From a bacterium (GTDB lineage: Bacteria > UBA8248): 64,000 nucleotides of DNA. How positions within the stretch are numbered: position 1 is the stretch's first letter; each line of letters begins with the position of its first letter. The stretch is from contig CBDBEV010000001.1 in the NCBI GenBank assembly GCA_965204535.1, positions 1,408,001 to 1,472,000 of the forward strand, read 5' to 3'. Position numbers and translations under genes: made by a program. This document shows, one piece after another, positions 29,085 to 38,486 of this stretch. The notes beneath the pieces are model-generated. The model was given only the letters and a program-made list of their open reading frames with translations. It did not search any database and had not been told where the DNA came from.

Positions 29085-30193
29085 AGAAACTTATTCCATC
29101 TCTTCTGGCCGCCGTCATCATCCTGGGCGCAGCGCCCGCGCATCCCGCAAACTGGCGGCAGGCGCTGCCCGGCTATCGCTACCAGTTTCCCAGAGACAAC
29201 GGCGCGCACCAGGCGTTCCGCACGGAGTGGTGGTATTTCTCGGGAAATTTGCAGGATGCCGAGGGCGGGAAATACCCCTTCATGCTCACGTTTTTCAGGG
29301 TGGGGCTTCGTCCGGGAGTGCCCCGGAAGTCGAAAAGCCGCTGGGCGCTCCGGAATCTCTATTTCGGGCATTTCTCGGTTCTTGACGCGAAGCGGAAGAA
29401 ACACCGGTTTTCGGAGCGAATCAGCCGGGGCGAACTCGATCAGGCGGGCGCGTCGGAGAAGGGTCTCAAAGTCTGGCTGCGCGACTGGCGCGCCGAAAGC
29501 ACGGGCGGGGAAGGCGAATCTTCGTTCCGTATAAGCGCGGCGGCGCCCGAGATGAAGCTGCGCCTCGATCTGAAGCCCGCGAAACCCCTCGTGATTCACG
29601 GCGAGGACGGAGTGAGCCGGAAGGCGCCGGGTCCCGGACGCTCCTCTCACTATTATTCGTATACGCGGCTTCTCGCATCGGGCGTCCTCGAATTGGAAGG
29701 AAGGAAGATTGAGGTGCATGGAACGGCGTGGATGGACCATGAGTTCGGCTCGAACCAGTTGACGAAGGATCAGGTGGGGTGGGACTGGCTGAGCCTCCAG
29801 TTGTCCGACGGCCGCGATTTGATGTTATATCTCATGAGACGAAAAGACGGGAGCGTGGAGCCCACGAGCAGCGGCACGCTGGTGGAGGCGGACGGCAGCG
29901 CACGGCATCTGCGCCTCGGGGATTTCCGCTTTCAGGGCACGGGTAGCTGGAAGAGCGAGCGAAGCGGCGCCGTCTATCCCATGGGATGGGAAGTCGAGGT
30001 TCCGGCGCACGGCCTTCGCTTGCGGTTGGAGCCTTACGCCCGCGCGCAGGAGATAGAGTCCAAGGGCAGCACGGGCATCACCTATTGGGAAGGGGGTGTT
30101 TTCGCCGAAGGCGCCTCGGGCGAAAAAAAGCCCACGGGGGTGGGCTTTGTCGAGATGACGGGGTACGCTCCCGAGGGACGACCCAAATTCTGA
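29081..30193 (+). CDS. AttH/CrtC-like lipocalin-fold secreted hydrolase
   Basis: Signal peptide; H..FRTEWWYFSG, SHYYSY, WMDHEF, GWDWLSLQL, YWEG, GFVEMTGY; ATGA overlap with permease. Confidence 0.9.
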   Translation: MKKLIPSLLAAVIILGAAPAHPANWRQALPGYRYQFPRDNGAHQAFRTEWWYFSGNLQDAEGGKYPFMLTFFRVGLRPGVPRKSKSRWALRNLYFGHFSVLDAKRKKHRFSERISRGELDQAGASEKGLKVWLRDWRAESTGGEGESSFRISAAAPEMKLRLDLKPAKPLVIHGEDGVSRKAPGPGRSSHYYSYTRLLASGVLELEGRKIEVHGTAWMDHEFGSNQLTKDQVGWDWLSLQLSDGRDLMLYLMRRKDGSVEPTSSGTLVEADGSARHLRLGDFRFQGTGSWKSERSGAVYPMGWEVEVPAHGLRLRLEPYARAQEIESKGSTGITYWEGGVFAEGASGEKKPTGVGFVEMTGYAPEGRPKF

Positions 30194-30242
30194 TTTTCAT
30201 ACTCCCCTCGGGGAAATGGCTTCGTATGTTTGGAGATGCGAG

Positions 30243-31139
30243 ATGACTGAAAGCGCGAATATCGGGATCGTAGGGCTCGGCCTCATGGGAACGGCCATGA
30301 GCCAGAAGCTGATGGAAGCGGGGCACCGGGTGCGCGGGTTCGACATCGACGGGAGCAGGCTCGATGCGCTCGCCGAGAACGGGGGCACGCCCACGGGCTC
30401 GGCGGCGGAGGCGGCGGAAGACGCGCAGTTCGTCATCATCTCCCTGCTCTACAGCCACGTCGTCCGCGAAAGCTGCCTGGGCGATGGGGGAATTGCGGGC
30501 GTGGCGCGGGACGGCCTCATCGTCATCGACACCTCGACTTCGAGTCCCGATGACTCCGAGAAACTCGGGAAAGACCTCCGCGCCCAAAACATCGGCTTTC
30601 TCGATGCGAGCCTGAGCGGTTCGCGCAACCAGGTGCTCGACGGGCAGATCGTCTCCGTCGTCGGGGGCGAGGAGAGCGATTTCGAGAAGGCGGAGCCGAT
30701 TCTGGCGACGTTCGCCCGCTCCATCCACCACATGGGGCCGTGCGGGGCGGGCGCGCGGACGAAGCTCGTCATCAATCTCGTGCTCGGCCTGACGCGCCTG
30801 GCACTTTCGGAAGGTCTCGTTCTGGGCATGAAATCCGGTCTTGAGATGGAAGGCCTGCTCGAAGTGCTCAAGGACAGCGCGGCCTACAGCAAGGCCATGG
30901 ACCAGCGCGGCCCCCGGATGATCCACGCGGATTACGATAATCCCCTCTCGCGCATCAAACAACACCACAAGGACGTGCGGCTCATGCTGGAGCAGGGCCA
31001 GAAGCTCGGCTCCCCCATGCTGCTCAGTTCCGTGCACCAGCAGGTGCTCCAGGCCGCAGAGTATGGCGGGCTCGCCGATGCGGACACATCGGCCATCATC
31101 GAGGTATTCAGGCGCATGGCGGGCATCCCCTCCCGCTAG
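30243..31139 (+). CDS. 3-hydroxyisobutyrate dehydrogenase family NAD(P)-dependent oxidoreductase
   Basis: IGIVGLGLMG, FLDASLSG, G.GARTKLVIN, KDVRL. Confidence 0.9.
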   Translation: MTESANIGIVGLGLMGTAMSQKLMEAGHRVRGFDIDGSRLDALAENGGTPTGSAAEAAEDAQFVIISLLYSHVVRESCLGDGGIAGVARDGLIVIDTSTSSPDDSEKLGKDLRAQNIGFLDASLSGSRNQVLDGQIVSVVGGEESDFEKAEPILATFARSIHHMGPCGAGARTKLVINLVLGLTRLALSEGLVLGMKSGLEMEGLLEVLKDSAAYSKAMDQRGPRMIHADYDNPLSRIKQHHKDVRLMLEQGQKLGSPMLLSSVHQQVLQAAEYGGLADADTSAIIEVFRRMAGIPSR

Positions 31140-31175
31140 GCGTATGGCTCATACACATTGGAAGGACTCGCAGAC

Positions 31176-32777
31176 ATGGTGAAAAGAATATCCCCGGTCG
31201 TACTGAAGGAATTGATGGAGAGCTCCCGCGCCCACGCCGTGCTCGACGTGCGCGACCCGATGGAGTTTCACGAAAAGCAGATATTCATGACCACGAACGC
31301 CCCGCGCGGCGAGATTGAGTTTCTGGCCGCGCGCCTCGTGCCCGTCAAAGCGACGCCCGTGGTGTGCATGGATGAGGGCGGTTCGAGGGCGGAGCATGTC
31401 GCGGCGCTTCTCGAAGAGTGCGGCTATACGGACGTCTCTGTGCTCGAAGGCGGCCTGGGCGCGTGGGAGGCGCAGGCGTATCCGACGGCTTCGGGAACGA
31501 ACGTGCCGAGCAAGGACTTCGGCGAGCGGATTCACGTGGAAAACGAGGTGCCCGAGATTACGGCGCGAGAGCTATATGAGCTGATCGAGAGCGATGCGCC
31601 GCCGCGCATATTCGACACGAGGACGGAAGTGGAGTTCGAGCGCTTCTGCGTCCCTACCGGGCGGAGCCTGCCCGGGGGCGAACTCATCCTCCACGCATGG
31701 GACCTGGACCAGGACAGGGAGACGCCCCTCATCATCAACTGCGCGGGCCGCACCCGCAGCATCATCGGCACGCAGGCGCTTCACCGGCTGGGCGTCACGC
31801 ACGCGCGCGCGCTCAAAAACGGCGGCATGGGCATCATGCTGGAAGGCTTGCAACTCGATGAGGGGAAACCAAGCGAGATTCCCGCTCCCTCAGACCAAAG
31901 CCGCGCCCACGGGGAGGTGCTCGGCGCGCAGGTGGCCGAAGAGGAGGGGATTCCCTTCGTCTCGGTCGATGAGCTTCGCGCGCTTCAGGCGGAAGCCGAC
32001 TCTAGCACGCTCTATGTGCTCGACGTGCGCCTGGCGCCCGAATTTTCTGACGGTCACATACCGGGGGCCATCTCCATCCCCGGCGGGCAGGCGGCGCAGC
32101 GCACCGACGAGGTGATCGCCGTGCGCGCGGGCAAGGTCGTCGCCTATTGCGACAAGAACGCGCGCGGCGTGATGGCGGCCTACTGGCTGCGCCAGATGGG
32201 GCTCGACGTGAGCGTGCTGCGCGGCGGCCTCACGGCGTGGCGAGAAGCCGGAGGATCGATCGAGAAGCCCAGCGAGGCGGCTTCGGGAGAGAGCCCGGCG
32301 GGAGCGGGGGAAGTTCTTCTTCTCGAACGAGCGCGCGCGCAAACCCGCGCCTATTCGGCGGGGGAGGCGAGCGCCAGGAGGCAGAGGTTTGGCGCAATTT
32401 TGGACGTGGATTTGAGTTCTTCCTTCGAGAAGGGCCATCTGGCGGGGTCCGTATGGGCCTCCAGGGGCCGGCTGGAGGAGGGGGCACCCGAGCGGGCGGT
32501 AAACAAAAGAGCGCGGGTGATGTGCGTTTGCGAGGACGGGCGAAAATCCGCCCTGAGCGCGCTTGCTCTCCAAAGACTCGGCTACCGCAGAGTCGGTTAT
32601 CTCGAAGGCGGCAAGGCGGCCTGGCGGGAAGCGGGGTTTCCTCTCGAAACCGGACGCGAGGGGCTGGATGAACTGCCCAAAGACGTGCAACTGAAACCCT
32701 ACGACATCGGACGCAGCGCGATGGAGGGCTACCTCACCTGGGAGGAGAATCTCGGGAAAAAATACGCGCGCAAGTAA
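31176..32777 (+). CDS. Four-domain rhodanese/sulfurtransferase
   Basis: Four repeats (LDVR..LEGG..AW type); NVPSKDFGE; active-site NCAGRTRS in domain 2. Confidence 0.9.
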   Translation: MVKRISPVVLKELMESSRAHAVLDVRDPMEFHEKQIFMTTNAPRGEIEFLAARLVPVKATPVVCMDEGGSRAEHVAALLEECGYTDVSVLEGGLGAWEAQAYPTASGTNVPSKDFGERIHVENEVPEITARELYELIESDAPPRIFDTRTEVEFERFCVPTGRSLPGGELILHAWDLDQDRETPLIINCAGRTRSIIGTQALHRLGVTHARALKNGGMGIMLEGLQLDEGKPSEIPAPSDQSRAHGEVLGAQVAEEEGIPFVSVDELRALQAEADSSTLYVLDVRLAPEFSDGHIPGAISIPGGQAAQRTDEVIAVRAGKVVAYCDKNARGVMAAYWLRQMGLDVSVLRGGLTAWREAGGSIEKPSEAASGESPAGAGEVLLLERARAQTRAYSAGEASARRQRFGAILDVDLSSSFEKGHLAGSVWASRGRLEEGAPERAVNKRARVMCVCEDGRKSALSALALQRLGYRRVGYLEGGKAAWREAGFPLETGREGLDELPKDVQLKPYDIGRSAMEGYLTWEENLGKKYARK

Positions 32778-32787
32778 CGCGCGGCGT

Positions 32788-33240
32788 CTATTCCGGGTGC
32801 GTGGGGTTCGGCGACAGGCCCGGCTGCTGTTTTCTCGCGTTCAGGGAGGCGATGATCTCCAGTTCCAGATTTTCGTTGTAGGTGTTCACCTGCCTCGGAA
32901 TCGTGAACAAATCCACGATCCACCAGACGCCATAGACGAGCAGGGCGAGCAGGCTTAAGCCTGCTGTCGCGCCGCCCGCCTCGGGGTTCGATTCCGCCAT
33001 GGCGAAGCCGACCACGAAGACGAGAATCAAAACCCACGGGGCGACGACGTAGACGACGCCCGTCGCGATTCTGCCCAGATAGAACTTGTGCAGCCCCAGC
33101 CAACTCAGAAAAAACCAGAGCGCGAATGTGACGCCCGTCGATTTCCGGCGGCGGTCGAGTTCGATGTTGAGGATGTGGAGTTCGCGCTCGTCCAGCGCGC
33201 TCTTGAGCGTGATGAGCCTCTCGCTCTGGTTCATCATCAT
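32788..33240 (-). CDS. TM2-domain membrane protein
   Basis: KS....LWFFL..LGLHKFYLG, WWIVDLFTIP. Confidence 0.88.
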   Translation of the reverse strand: MMMNQSERLITLKSALDERELHILNIELDRRRKSTGVTFALWFFLSWLGLHKFYLGRIATGVVYVVAPWVLILVFVVGFAMAESNPEAGGATAGLSLLALLVYGVWWIVDLFTIPRQVNTYNENLELEIIASLNARKQQPGLSPNPTHPE

Positions 33241-33827
33241 TCGCAGTTGTTATGCCGACGCCACATTTCCGCGTCGTGGCCTTTCGGGACGTTGGCGCAG
33301 GGGTCCACCTTGGAATAGCCCCTGAGCGCGTTATAGGTTCTTATCTGTTTCTCGGAGAGAATTTTCAGCGTTTCGATGTGCGCGGCCAGATGGACGTAGC
33401 GCAATTCCTTTTTCGTTTCGGCGATGGCGTCAAGCGATGTTCGCAGCAGCGCGTCGGTGATGGTTCGGTTGCGAAAACCGCTCTCGAGTCGCCGCTCCAG
33501 ATCGATGAGGCGCTCGCCGTGATGTATCGCCCGGTTCTTCATCCGCCGGTATATGGTGCCGATGGCCGAGCGTTGGCTCTCGTCCAGGCCGATTTCATTT
33601 TTCATCTCCAGCAGGTGGATCGGCCCCGGCACGCCGTTCAACTCCGCCGCCTTGGCCAGCCCCCAGCCGCCGCCGCGCTTGAGCTCGGCGATGTCCTCCG
33701 CCGAAAGACTCTTGATCTCCCGGCTCTGCTGGCCGGCGTATTTGGAGTGATGAGACGATGCGTTCTCGCTCGCCTCTGCGGCGAGGCCGGGCAACAGCAA
33801 TGCAAGAGTCAACAAAACTCTGAACAT
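33237..33827 (-). CDS. Secreted Spy/CpxP-like helical protein
   Basis: Signal peptide; YAGQQSREIKSLS, GLAKAAELNG.PGP.H.LE, YNALRGY; SD AGGAG; ATGA overlap with TM2 gene. Confidence 0.82.
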   Translation of the reverse strand: MFRVLLTLALLLPGLAAEASENASSHHSKYAGQQSREIKSLSAEDIAELKRGGGWGLAKAAELNGVPGPIHLLEMKNEIGLDESQRSAIGTIYRRMKNRAIHHGERLIDLERRLESGFRNRTITDALLRTSLDAIAETKKELRYVHLAAHIETLKILSEKQIRTYNALRGYSKVDPCANVPKGHDAEMWRRHNNCE

Positions 33828-33901
33828 GAATATCTCTCCTTGCGCTTGCTTCCGCCCCGCGTGCGTGGCGAGGCGTCTTTTGCTTTGGCGGCGTTTTCGG
33901 A

Positions 33902-34186
33902 TCAGGCGTTGATGATGCCCGGTTCGTTCTGGCTGATGTCCCACCCTTTCGATTTCATGAAGTCCTTGAATCTTCCCCAGTCGAATTTGCCGGATTCATG
34001 GAACCCGAGGATGGATTCCCGCGACAGGTGTTTCTTCATCCATAGGTAGAGCGGCTCTCCGAGCGTATCGTGGTGTTGGGCGGCGAATTCGACCAGCGGA
34101 ATTCCTTCGGGTTCGAACACGATCCAGTAACTGCTTCTGTATTTTACCAGCTTCAAATCTTCTTCCAAAGGCTTGTGGTCGTTCAT
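33902..34186 (-). CDS. Hypothetical protein (about 94 aa)
   Basis: Globular-looking ORF co-oriented with neighbours; start uncertain. Confidence 0.55.
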   Translation of the reverse strand: MNDHKPLEEDLKLVKYRSSYWIVFEPEGIPLVEFAAQHHDTLGEPLYLWMKKHLSRESILGFHESGKFDWGRFKDFMKSKGWDISQNEPGIINA

Positions 34187-34346
34187 TTTTGTTCGAATCC
34201 TTGTGATGATTGCGGCGGATCCGTGCGGGTTTTCGTTCGATTCGGCGCCTGCGGCCCGCCCGTGATGCGCTCGCGTGTCATGAGAATATAACAAGGCCCC
34301 TTGCGCAATGGAATAAAATAAATTCGAGACCTAAAGCCCGGAACCT

Positions 34347-35009
34347 TCACTCCCATTTTCTGCGCATCATCTTGACGAGTTCTGTTCCCGATTCGCCCGC
34401 GTCGAACCTTCGGGTGAATTCCTCCTCGATTTCCATGACGATTCGGGTTCGCTCGCGCACCCTTTCGGTTTCATCCTTCGGCACGACGGCCACGCCGTCC
34501 GCATCGGTGACCACGATGTCTCCGGGCACGACCCGCACCCCGCAGCATGTGACGGGCACGTCGCGCTCCGCCGCGACCAAGCGCTTCGAGTAGGGCAGGG
34601 GTCTTGGGCCGCGGCACCACACGGGCAGACCCAGTTCCCTGATTTCCAGAACGTCGCGCGCGCGCCCGTCCGTGACGACCCCCGCAGCACCGCGCCTGTG
34701 GATGACGCGTGCCCCGTTGGCCCCCAGAACGGCCATGTCGCTCGCTTCAGTCGCGAGCACGACGAACCTGCCCGGCTCCATCTCCTCGTGCGTCCCGTAG
34801 AGGCTCACGCGGGCGGGGTTCACCTCGCCTTGGACGGGCTCGAAGCGCATGGTGGCCGCGGGTGCTGCGACGCGTTCCTCCGTGAAGGGCGTGAGCGGGG
34901 CGACGTCTTTCATGATGAGGTCGAGACCCAGAAATATCGAGGCGTCCGCGACCGCCGTCGTCGGCGCGCGGGAGAAGAATTCGAGAGCGTCTTCCATGGG
35001 TTTCTCCAT
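34347..35009 (-). CDS. RraA/HMG-aldolase family protein
   Basis: TTAVADA, GVVTDGRARD, V.PGDIVVTDADGVAVVP. Confidence 0.9.
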   Translation of the reverse strand: MEKPMEDALEFFSRAPTTAVADASIFLGLDLIMKDVAPLTPFTEERVAAPAATMRFEPVQGEVNPARVSLYGTHEEMEPGRFVVLATEASDMAVLGANGARVIHRRGAAGVVTDGRARDVLEIRELGLPVWCRGPRPLPYSKRLVAAERDVPVTCCGVRVVPGDIVVTDADGVAVVPKDETERVRERTRIVMEIEEEFTRRFDAGESGTELVKMMRRKWE

Positions 35010-35154
35010 CGGGTGAGAGGCGTGGGTGTGGGGGTTCCTAGGGCGAGGCGCGAATGTTGAAGCAAAGACTATTATGTAATGTGGAGCGGCTTGTCTATAA
35101 TAGCATCGCTTGAAACTTAGATATAGGTTAAGATGAATAAAGCGATGGAGGGGA

Positions 35155-35415
35155 ATGATGTCTCAAAAACGCGCATTTACGGTGAAAGCTGTATGGGACG
35201 AGGAAACGCGGGTTTTTTATTCCGTGAGCGACATCGAAGGGCTCCATATCGAAGCCGTAACGATAGAAGAGTTCGAAGAAATCCTGCAGGACGTAGCGGG
35301 TGAACTCATCGTCGCGAATCATATCAGTACGGATGAATTGGTGCACAAACCCATCAGCGAGTTGATTCCTGCCGTTTTGTGGGAACGCCCGAATATCGAA
35401 GCCATGCCTGCATAA
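35155..35415 (+). CDS. DUF1902 / HicB-like antitoxin
   Basis: VKAVWDEE..V..SDIEGLHIEA.T.EE; TATAAT at 35096-35101 upstream. Confidence 0.8.
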   Translation: MMSQKRAFTVKAVWDEETRVFYSVSDIEGLHIEAVTIEEFEEILQDVAGELIVANHISTDELVHKPISELIPAVLWERPNIEAMPA

Positions 35416-35420
35416 GAAAT

Positions 35421-35615
35421 ATGGGAGATTTTTATAAGCAGGTAACAAGAGAATTGGCTAATCGCGGATTTGCATACTGGAGAGCAGCCAAGGGTTCTCA
35501 TGAACTCTGGCGAAACAGTGCAACCAATAAAAAAGTAATTGTTCCTAGAAAATTAACAAACAGACACACTGTAAATGGTATTTTAAGGGTCGCGGGCAGT
35601 TCTCTAAAAGTTTGA
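35421..35615 (+). CDS. hicA: HicA-family mRNA interferase toxin
   Basis: 64 aa basic protein with KGSHELW and TVNGILRVAG; follows HicB-like gene. Confidence 0.85.
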   Translation: MGDFYKQVTRELANRGFAYWRAAKGSHELWRNSATNKKVIVPRKLTNRHTVNGILRVAGSSLKV

Positions 35616-35741
35616 TTTCTTTCGTTTCTCCGGCTTCCTTGTAAGATTCCTGAAAAAAAATTCTCTTTTTAAGCACCAGAAAGGTGTGGGTGTGAGGATT
35701 GCCTTGCGCTTCGAGAAGTCTCATGTTTGAAATTCTAATCC

Positions 35742-35750
35742 TGATATAAT
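35742..35750 (+). promoter_or_regulatory. Extended -10 promoter upstream of coiled-coil gene
   Basis: TGaTATAAT in an AT-rich tract about 70 bp before the ATG. Confidence 0.5.
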
Positions 35751-35820
35751 AAAGTTTTATTGTACGAGCGTTCCAGAGGACCCAAATGTAAACCCGAGTC
35801 CTTAAGGAGTGCGTGGAAAA

Positions 35821-36093
35821 ATGACTGCCGAAATGATCGAAATCGCCTTTTTCGGAATCTCCGTACTGGCCTACCTTTACCGGATTGAGAGGAAGTTTGA
35901 CAGCCGCCTCTCCGCCCTGGAAGCAAGAGTGTCATCTCTGGAAGCCAGGGTTTCATCCCTGGAAGCGAGCGTGGCATCCCTGACAGCCAGCGTGTCGTCC
36001 CTGGCGGCGAGCATAGCATCCCTGGACGCAAGAGTGTCTCGTCTCGAAGGCATGTTCGAGGGTTATCTGGCGGGACAAAAATCACCTGAATAA
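35821..36093 (+). CDS. Small membrane-anchored coiled-coil protein with heptad repeats
   Basis: N-terminal hydrophobic segment, six 21-nt repeats (35917-36042, LEARVSS-type), then LEG. Confidence 0.8.
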   Translation: MTAEMIEIAFFGISVLAYLYRIERKFDSRLSALEARVSSLEARVSSLEASVASLTASVSSLAASIASLDARVSRLEGMFEGYLAGQKSPE

Positions 36094-36103
36094 TCTAGGG
36101 TCC

Positions 36104-36796
36104 CTAGTCCACGACGGCCACGGCCCGGCAGGGGGAGCCTTCGATACCCGGCATCTTGAGCGGCAGCGCGATAACCTCGAAGCGCTCCTGCGGTATGACG
36201 GAGAGGTTCGTCATGTGCTCGATCTGGATGATCCCGTTCCCCAGCAGCGTCCGGTGGACGACGTAGTTCTCGGGCACGTTTTCGGGAATCTTCTTCACTT
36301 CTTCTTCCTGGAGAAAATCGAAGCCTGCGGCCTTGACCCCCTTGTCCACGAGCCATCTCGCGCCGTCGCCGGTCAGGAAGGGCGAGTTTCTCAAATAAGC
36401 GTCCGAACCCCAGAATTTGTCCGTGAAATCGGTGCGGAGAAGCACGATGTCGTTTTCACGGACGAGTCCGGCATGCGCCTCCATATCCTCGGCGGAGATG
36501 GCCTCATCCGCCCCCTTGGATGAGAAATCGAGCAGACACGCCGGTCCCATGAAGCGGTCGAGCGCCACCTCGTCCGTCGTCTTCCCCCAGCGGTAGATGT
36601 GGCGCGGGCAATCGAGGTGCGTGCCCGCATGGGCGAATATGGAGAGCCAGCTGTCGACGAACACGACGTCGGGTTCTTTTTGGGGTGGAAAATATTTGCG
36701 CCGCACAGAGGTTTCGGCGTTCATCATCTTGCCCACGGCGGCCGCCACGGGGTCCATTTCGTCGTAGTGGGCGAGACTCAAATCGATGATGGGCAT
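36104..36796 (-). CDS. Cyclase family protein (kynurenine formamidase-like)
   Basis: HAGTHLDCP.H, VHRTLL, IEHMTNL, ALPLK..EGSPCRAVA. Confidence 0.9.
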   Translation of the reverse strand: MPIIDLSLAHYDEMDPVAAAVGKMMNAETSVRRKYFPPQKEPDVVFVDSWLSIFAHAGTHLDCPRHIYRWGKTTDEVALDRFMGPACLLDFSSKGADEAISAEDMEAHAGLVRENDIVLLRTDFTDKFWGSDAYLRNSPFLTGDGARWLVDKGVKAAGFDFLQEEEVKKIPENVPENYVVHRTLLGNGIIQIEHMTNLSVIPQERFEVIALPLKMPGIEGSPCRAVAVVD

Positions 36797-36951
36797 GAGA
36801 ACTCCTTAATACCATATGAGTGTCGTGTCATCCTTTGTTTACCGGGCAAGTCGGGGTCATCCTGTCATAAAGGCGGCTTTTTGAAAAACTTATGCAGGGA
36901 AGCCCTGTGGAGTTGTTGAAAAAGCCATCCTCGGTTGTGATTGACCACCAC

Positions 36952-37088
36952 CGTCATTCCGGCGAAAGCCGGAATCCATTTTACGCCTTTTGCCTTTCGT
37001 CAGGGTTCCCGCGCATCGGCGGGGAATGAAACGCCGCTGTTCAATCATCCGCATCCGCAAATGGATTCCGGCTTTCGCCGGAATGACG
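36952..37088. repeat. CGTC-type REP inverted pair, next to a MITE left end (36909)
   Basis: CGTCATTCCGGCGAAAGCCGGAATCCATTT and its exact reverse complement. Confidence 0.88.
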
Positions 37089-37242
37089 TGCAAAGCGAAA
37101 CCCCCGAATTCTGGCACTCCCCCCTGTCCGCCACCTATGCTTTATCGAACCGCCGCCCCGGCGGTAGCGCACCGCTTCTCACGCTCTTGATTAAAGGATA
37201 GTATTTCACTCATCCATTTAACGCAGACCGGAGGGAGGGGGG

Positions 37243-38067
37243 ATGAAAAAAGCGCTTTGCATCGCTCTTCTCGTTTGTTTTCTGGCTGCGCCGGTCGTCG
37301 TTTCCGCCAAATGCTCGCCCGGTCTGGTGCGCCACATGCCCTTCAGGCGAGCGTTTCCCGTATCTTACGTCTATGTAGCGAAAGCCCCGCGCCAAATCAG
37401 CATCCAGTGGTTCGGCCACGCGTTTTTCCGCATCATCTCGCCGGGGGGAATCCGGGTCGTTACCGATCCGTTCTCCCCTCATCGGGGCTATCCCATCCCC
37501 AAGACCAGTCCCCACGTGGCCACCGCGAGCGAGGCGGCGATGAACCACAGTTCCGTCGAGGTGCTGGGCGGAAACCCCGTCGTCTTGCATGGCGTGCTCG
37601 GCTACGGAGAGAAATGGAACGAGGTGGATTACCGGATAGGCGACGTGCGCATCCGCAACGTGCCCATTGTGCAGGGCATGGGTAGTGACGATTTCGACGC
37701 GGGCGAATCGAAGGCTTCTTCTTTTCTCTTCGAGACGGGTGGGCTTTGTATCGCCCACTTGGGGGATCTGGGCTCGCCCATGAACCCCGAACAGTTCAGG
37801 AGGCTGGGGAAGATTCACGTGGCCCTGGCGATCATCTCGGACCCCGGCGCGATGAACCCCAGAGTGATGGCGGATTTCGTCCGCAGACTCGGCCCCAACG
37901 TCGCGATTCCGATGGACGTCCGCTCGCTCGAGGAATTGGACGTATTTCTCGGCGCTTTCAGGCGCGTCCGCAAGCTGGAAAGCGACACCTACGTCTTCAG
38001 CCGCAGGACGCTTCCGCGTCCGACCGAGGTGGTGCTCCTCAAGCACAAGGGGTGGGAGTGGAAGTAG
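37243..38067 (+). CDS. Secreted MBL-fold protein (beta-lactamase superfamily)
   Basis: Signal peptide; IQWFGHAFFRI, VTDPF, IAHLGDLG; canonical HxHxDH is degenerate. Confidence 0.8.
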   Translation: MKKALCIALLVCFLAAPVVVSAKCSPGLVRHMPFRRAFPVSYVYVAKAPRQISIQWFGHAFFRIISPGGIRVVTDPFSPHRGYPIPKTSPHVATASEAAMNHSSVEVLGGNPVVLHGVLGYGEKWNEVDYRIGDVRIRNVPIVQGMGSDDFDAGESKASSFLFETGGLCIAHLGDLGSPMNPEQFRRLGKIHVALAIISDPGAMNPRVMADFVRRLGPNVAIPMDVRSLEELDVFLGAFRRVRKLESDTYVFSRRTLPRPTEVVLLKHKGWEWK

Positions 38068-38091
38068 GGATATCTTGGGTACCTTCCTGCC

Positions 38092-38430
38092 CGTCATTCC
38101 GGCGAATGCCGGAATCCAGGGAATTTGTCTTTCGCCTTTCGTTTTTTGCCGTCATGCCTGACCCATGAGAGAGGCGATGAACCGTCGCCTGTTATGCGCT
38201 CTCATCGGCTCTGGATTCCGGCAATCCCTCCCTCCTCGGTCGGCATTGATTGCCGGAATGACGACACAAGGCGGTTGGTAGGGACAGGCCCCTGTGCCTG
38301 TCCGACAATGGATAACCACGGGGGGTTGTCCCTACGGGGCAACACCAACCTAAGGATACGCATTCCTGTCAGGGGAGGGATCGTGGTTTTGTAGGGGCGT
38401 CCATATACGGACACATAGGTCCGCCCCTAC
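38092..38430. repeat. Cluster of CGTC- and GTAG-type REP pairs between convergent genes
   Basis: CGTCATTCCGGC..GCCGGAATCCAG / CTGGATTCCGGC..GCCGGAATGACG; GTAGGGACAGG..TGTCCCTAC; GTAGGGGCG..CGCCCCTAC. Confidence 0.82.
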
Positions 38431-38486
38431 GAAAAATTCGGTTTTTCGGGAATGCGTTATCAAGAGGTGGAAACGCGCCCGCCGGA

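Noticed and set aside
31176-32777. Four-domain rhodanese as a novel architecture
   Set aside because: A known widespread family with one catalytic Cys domain
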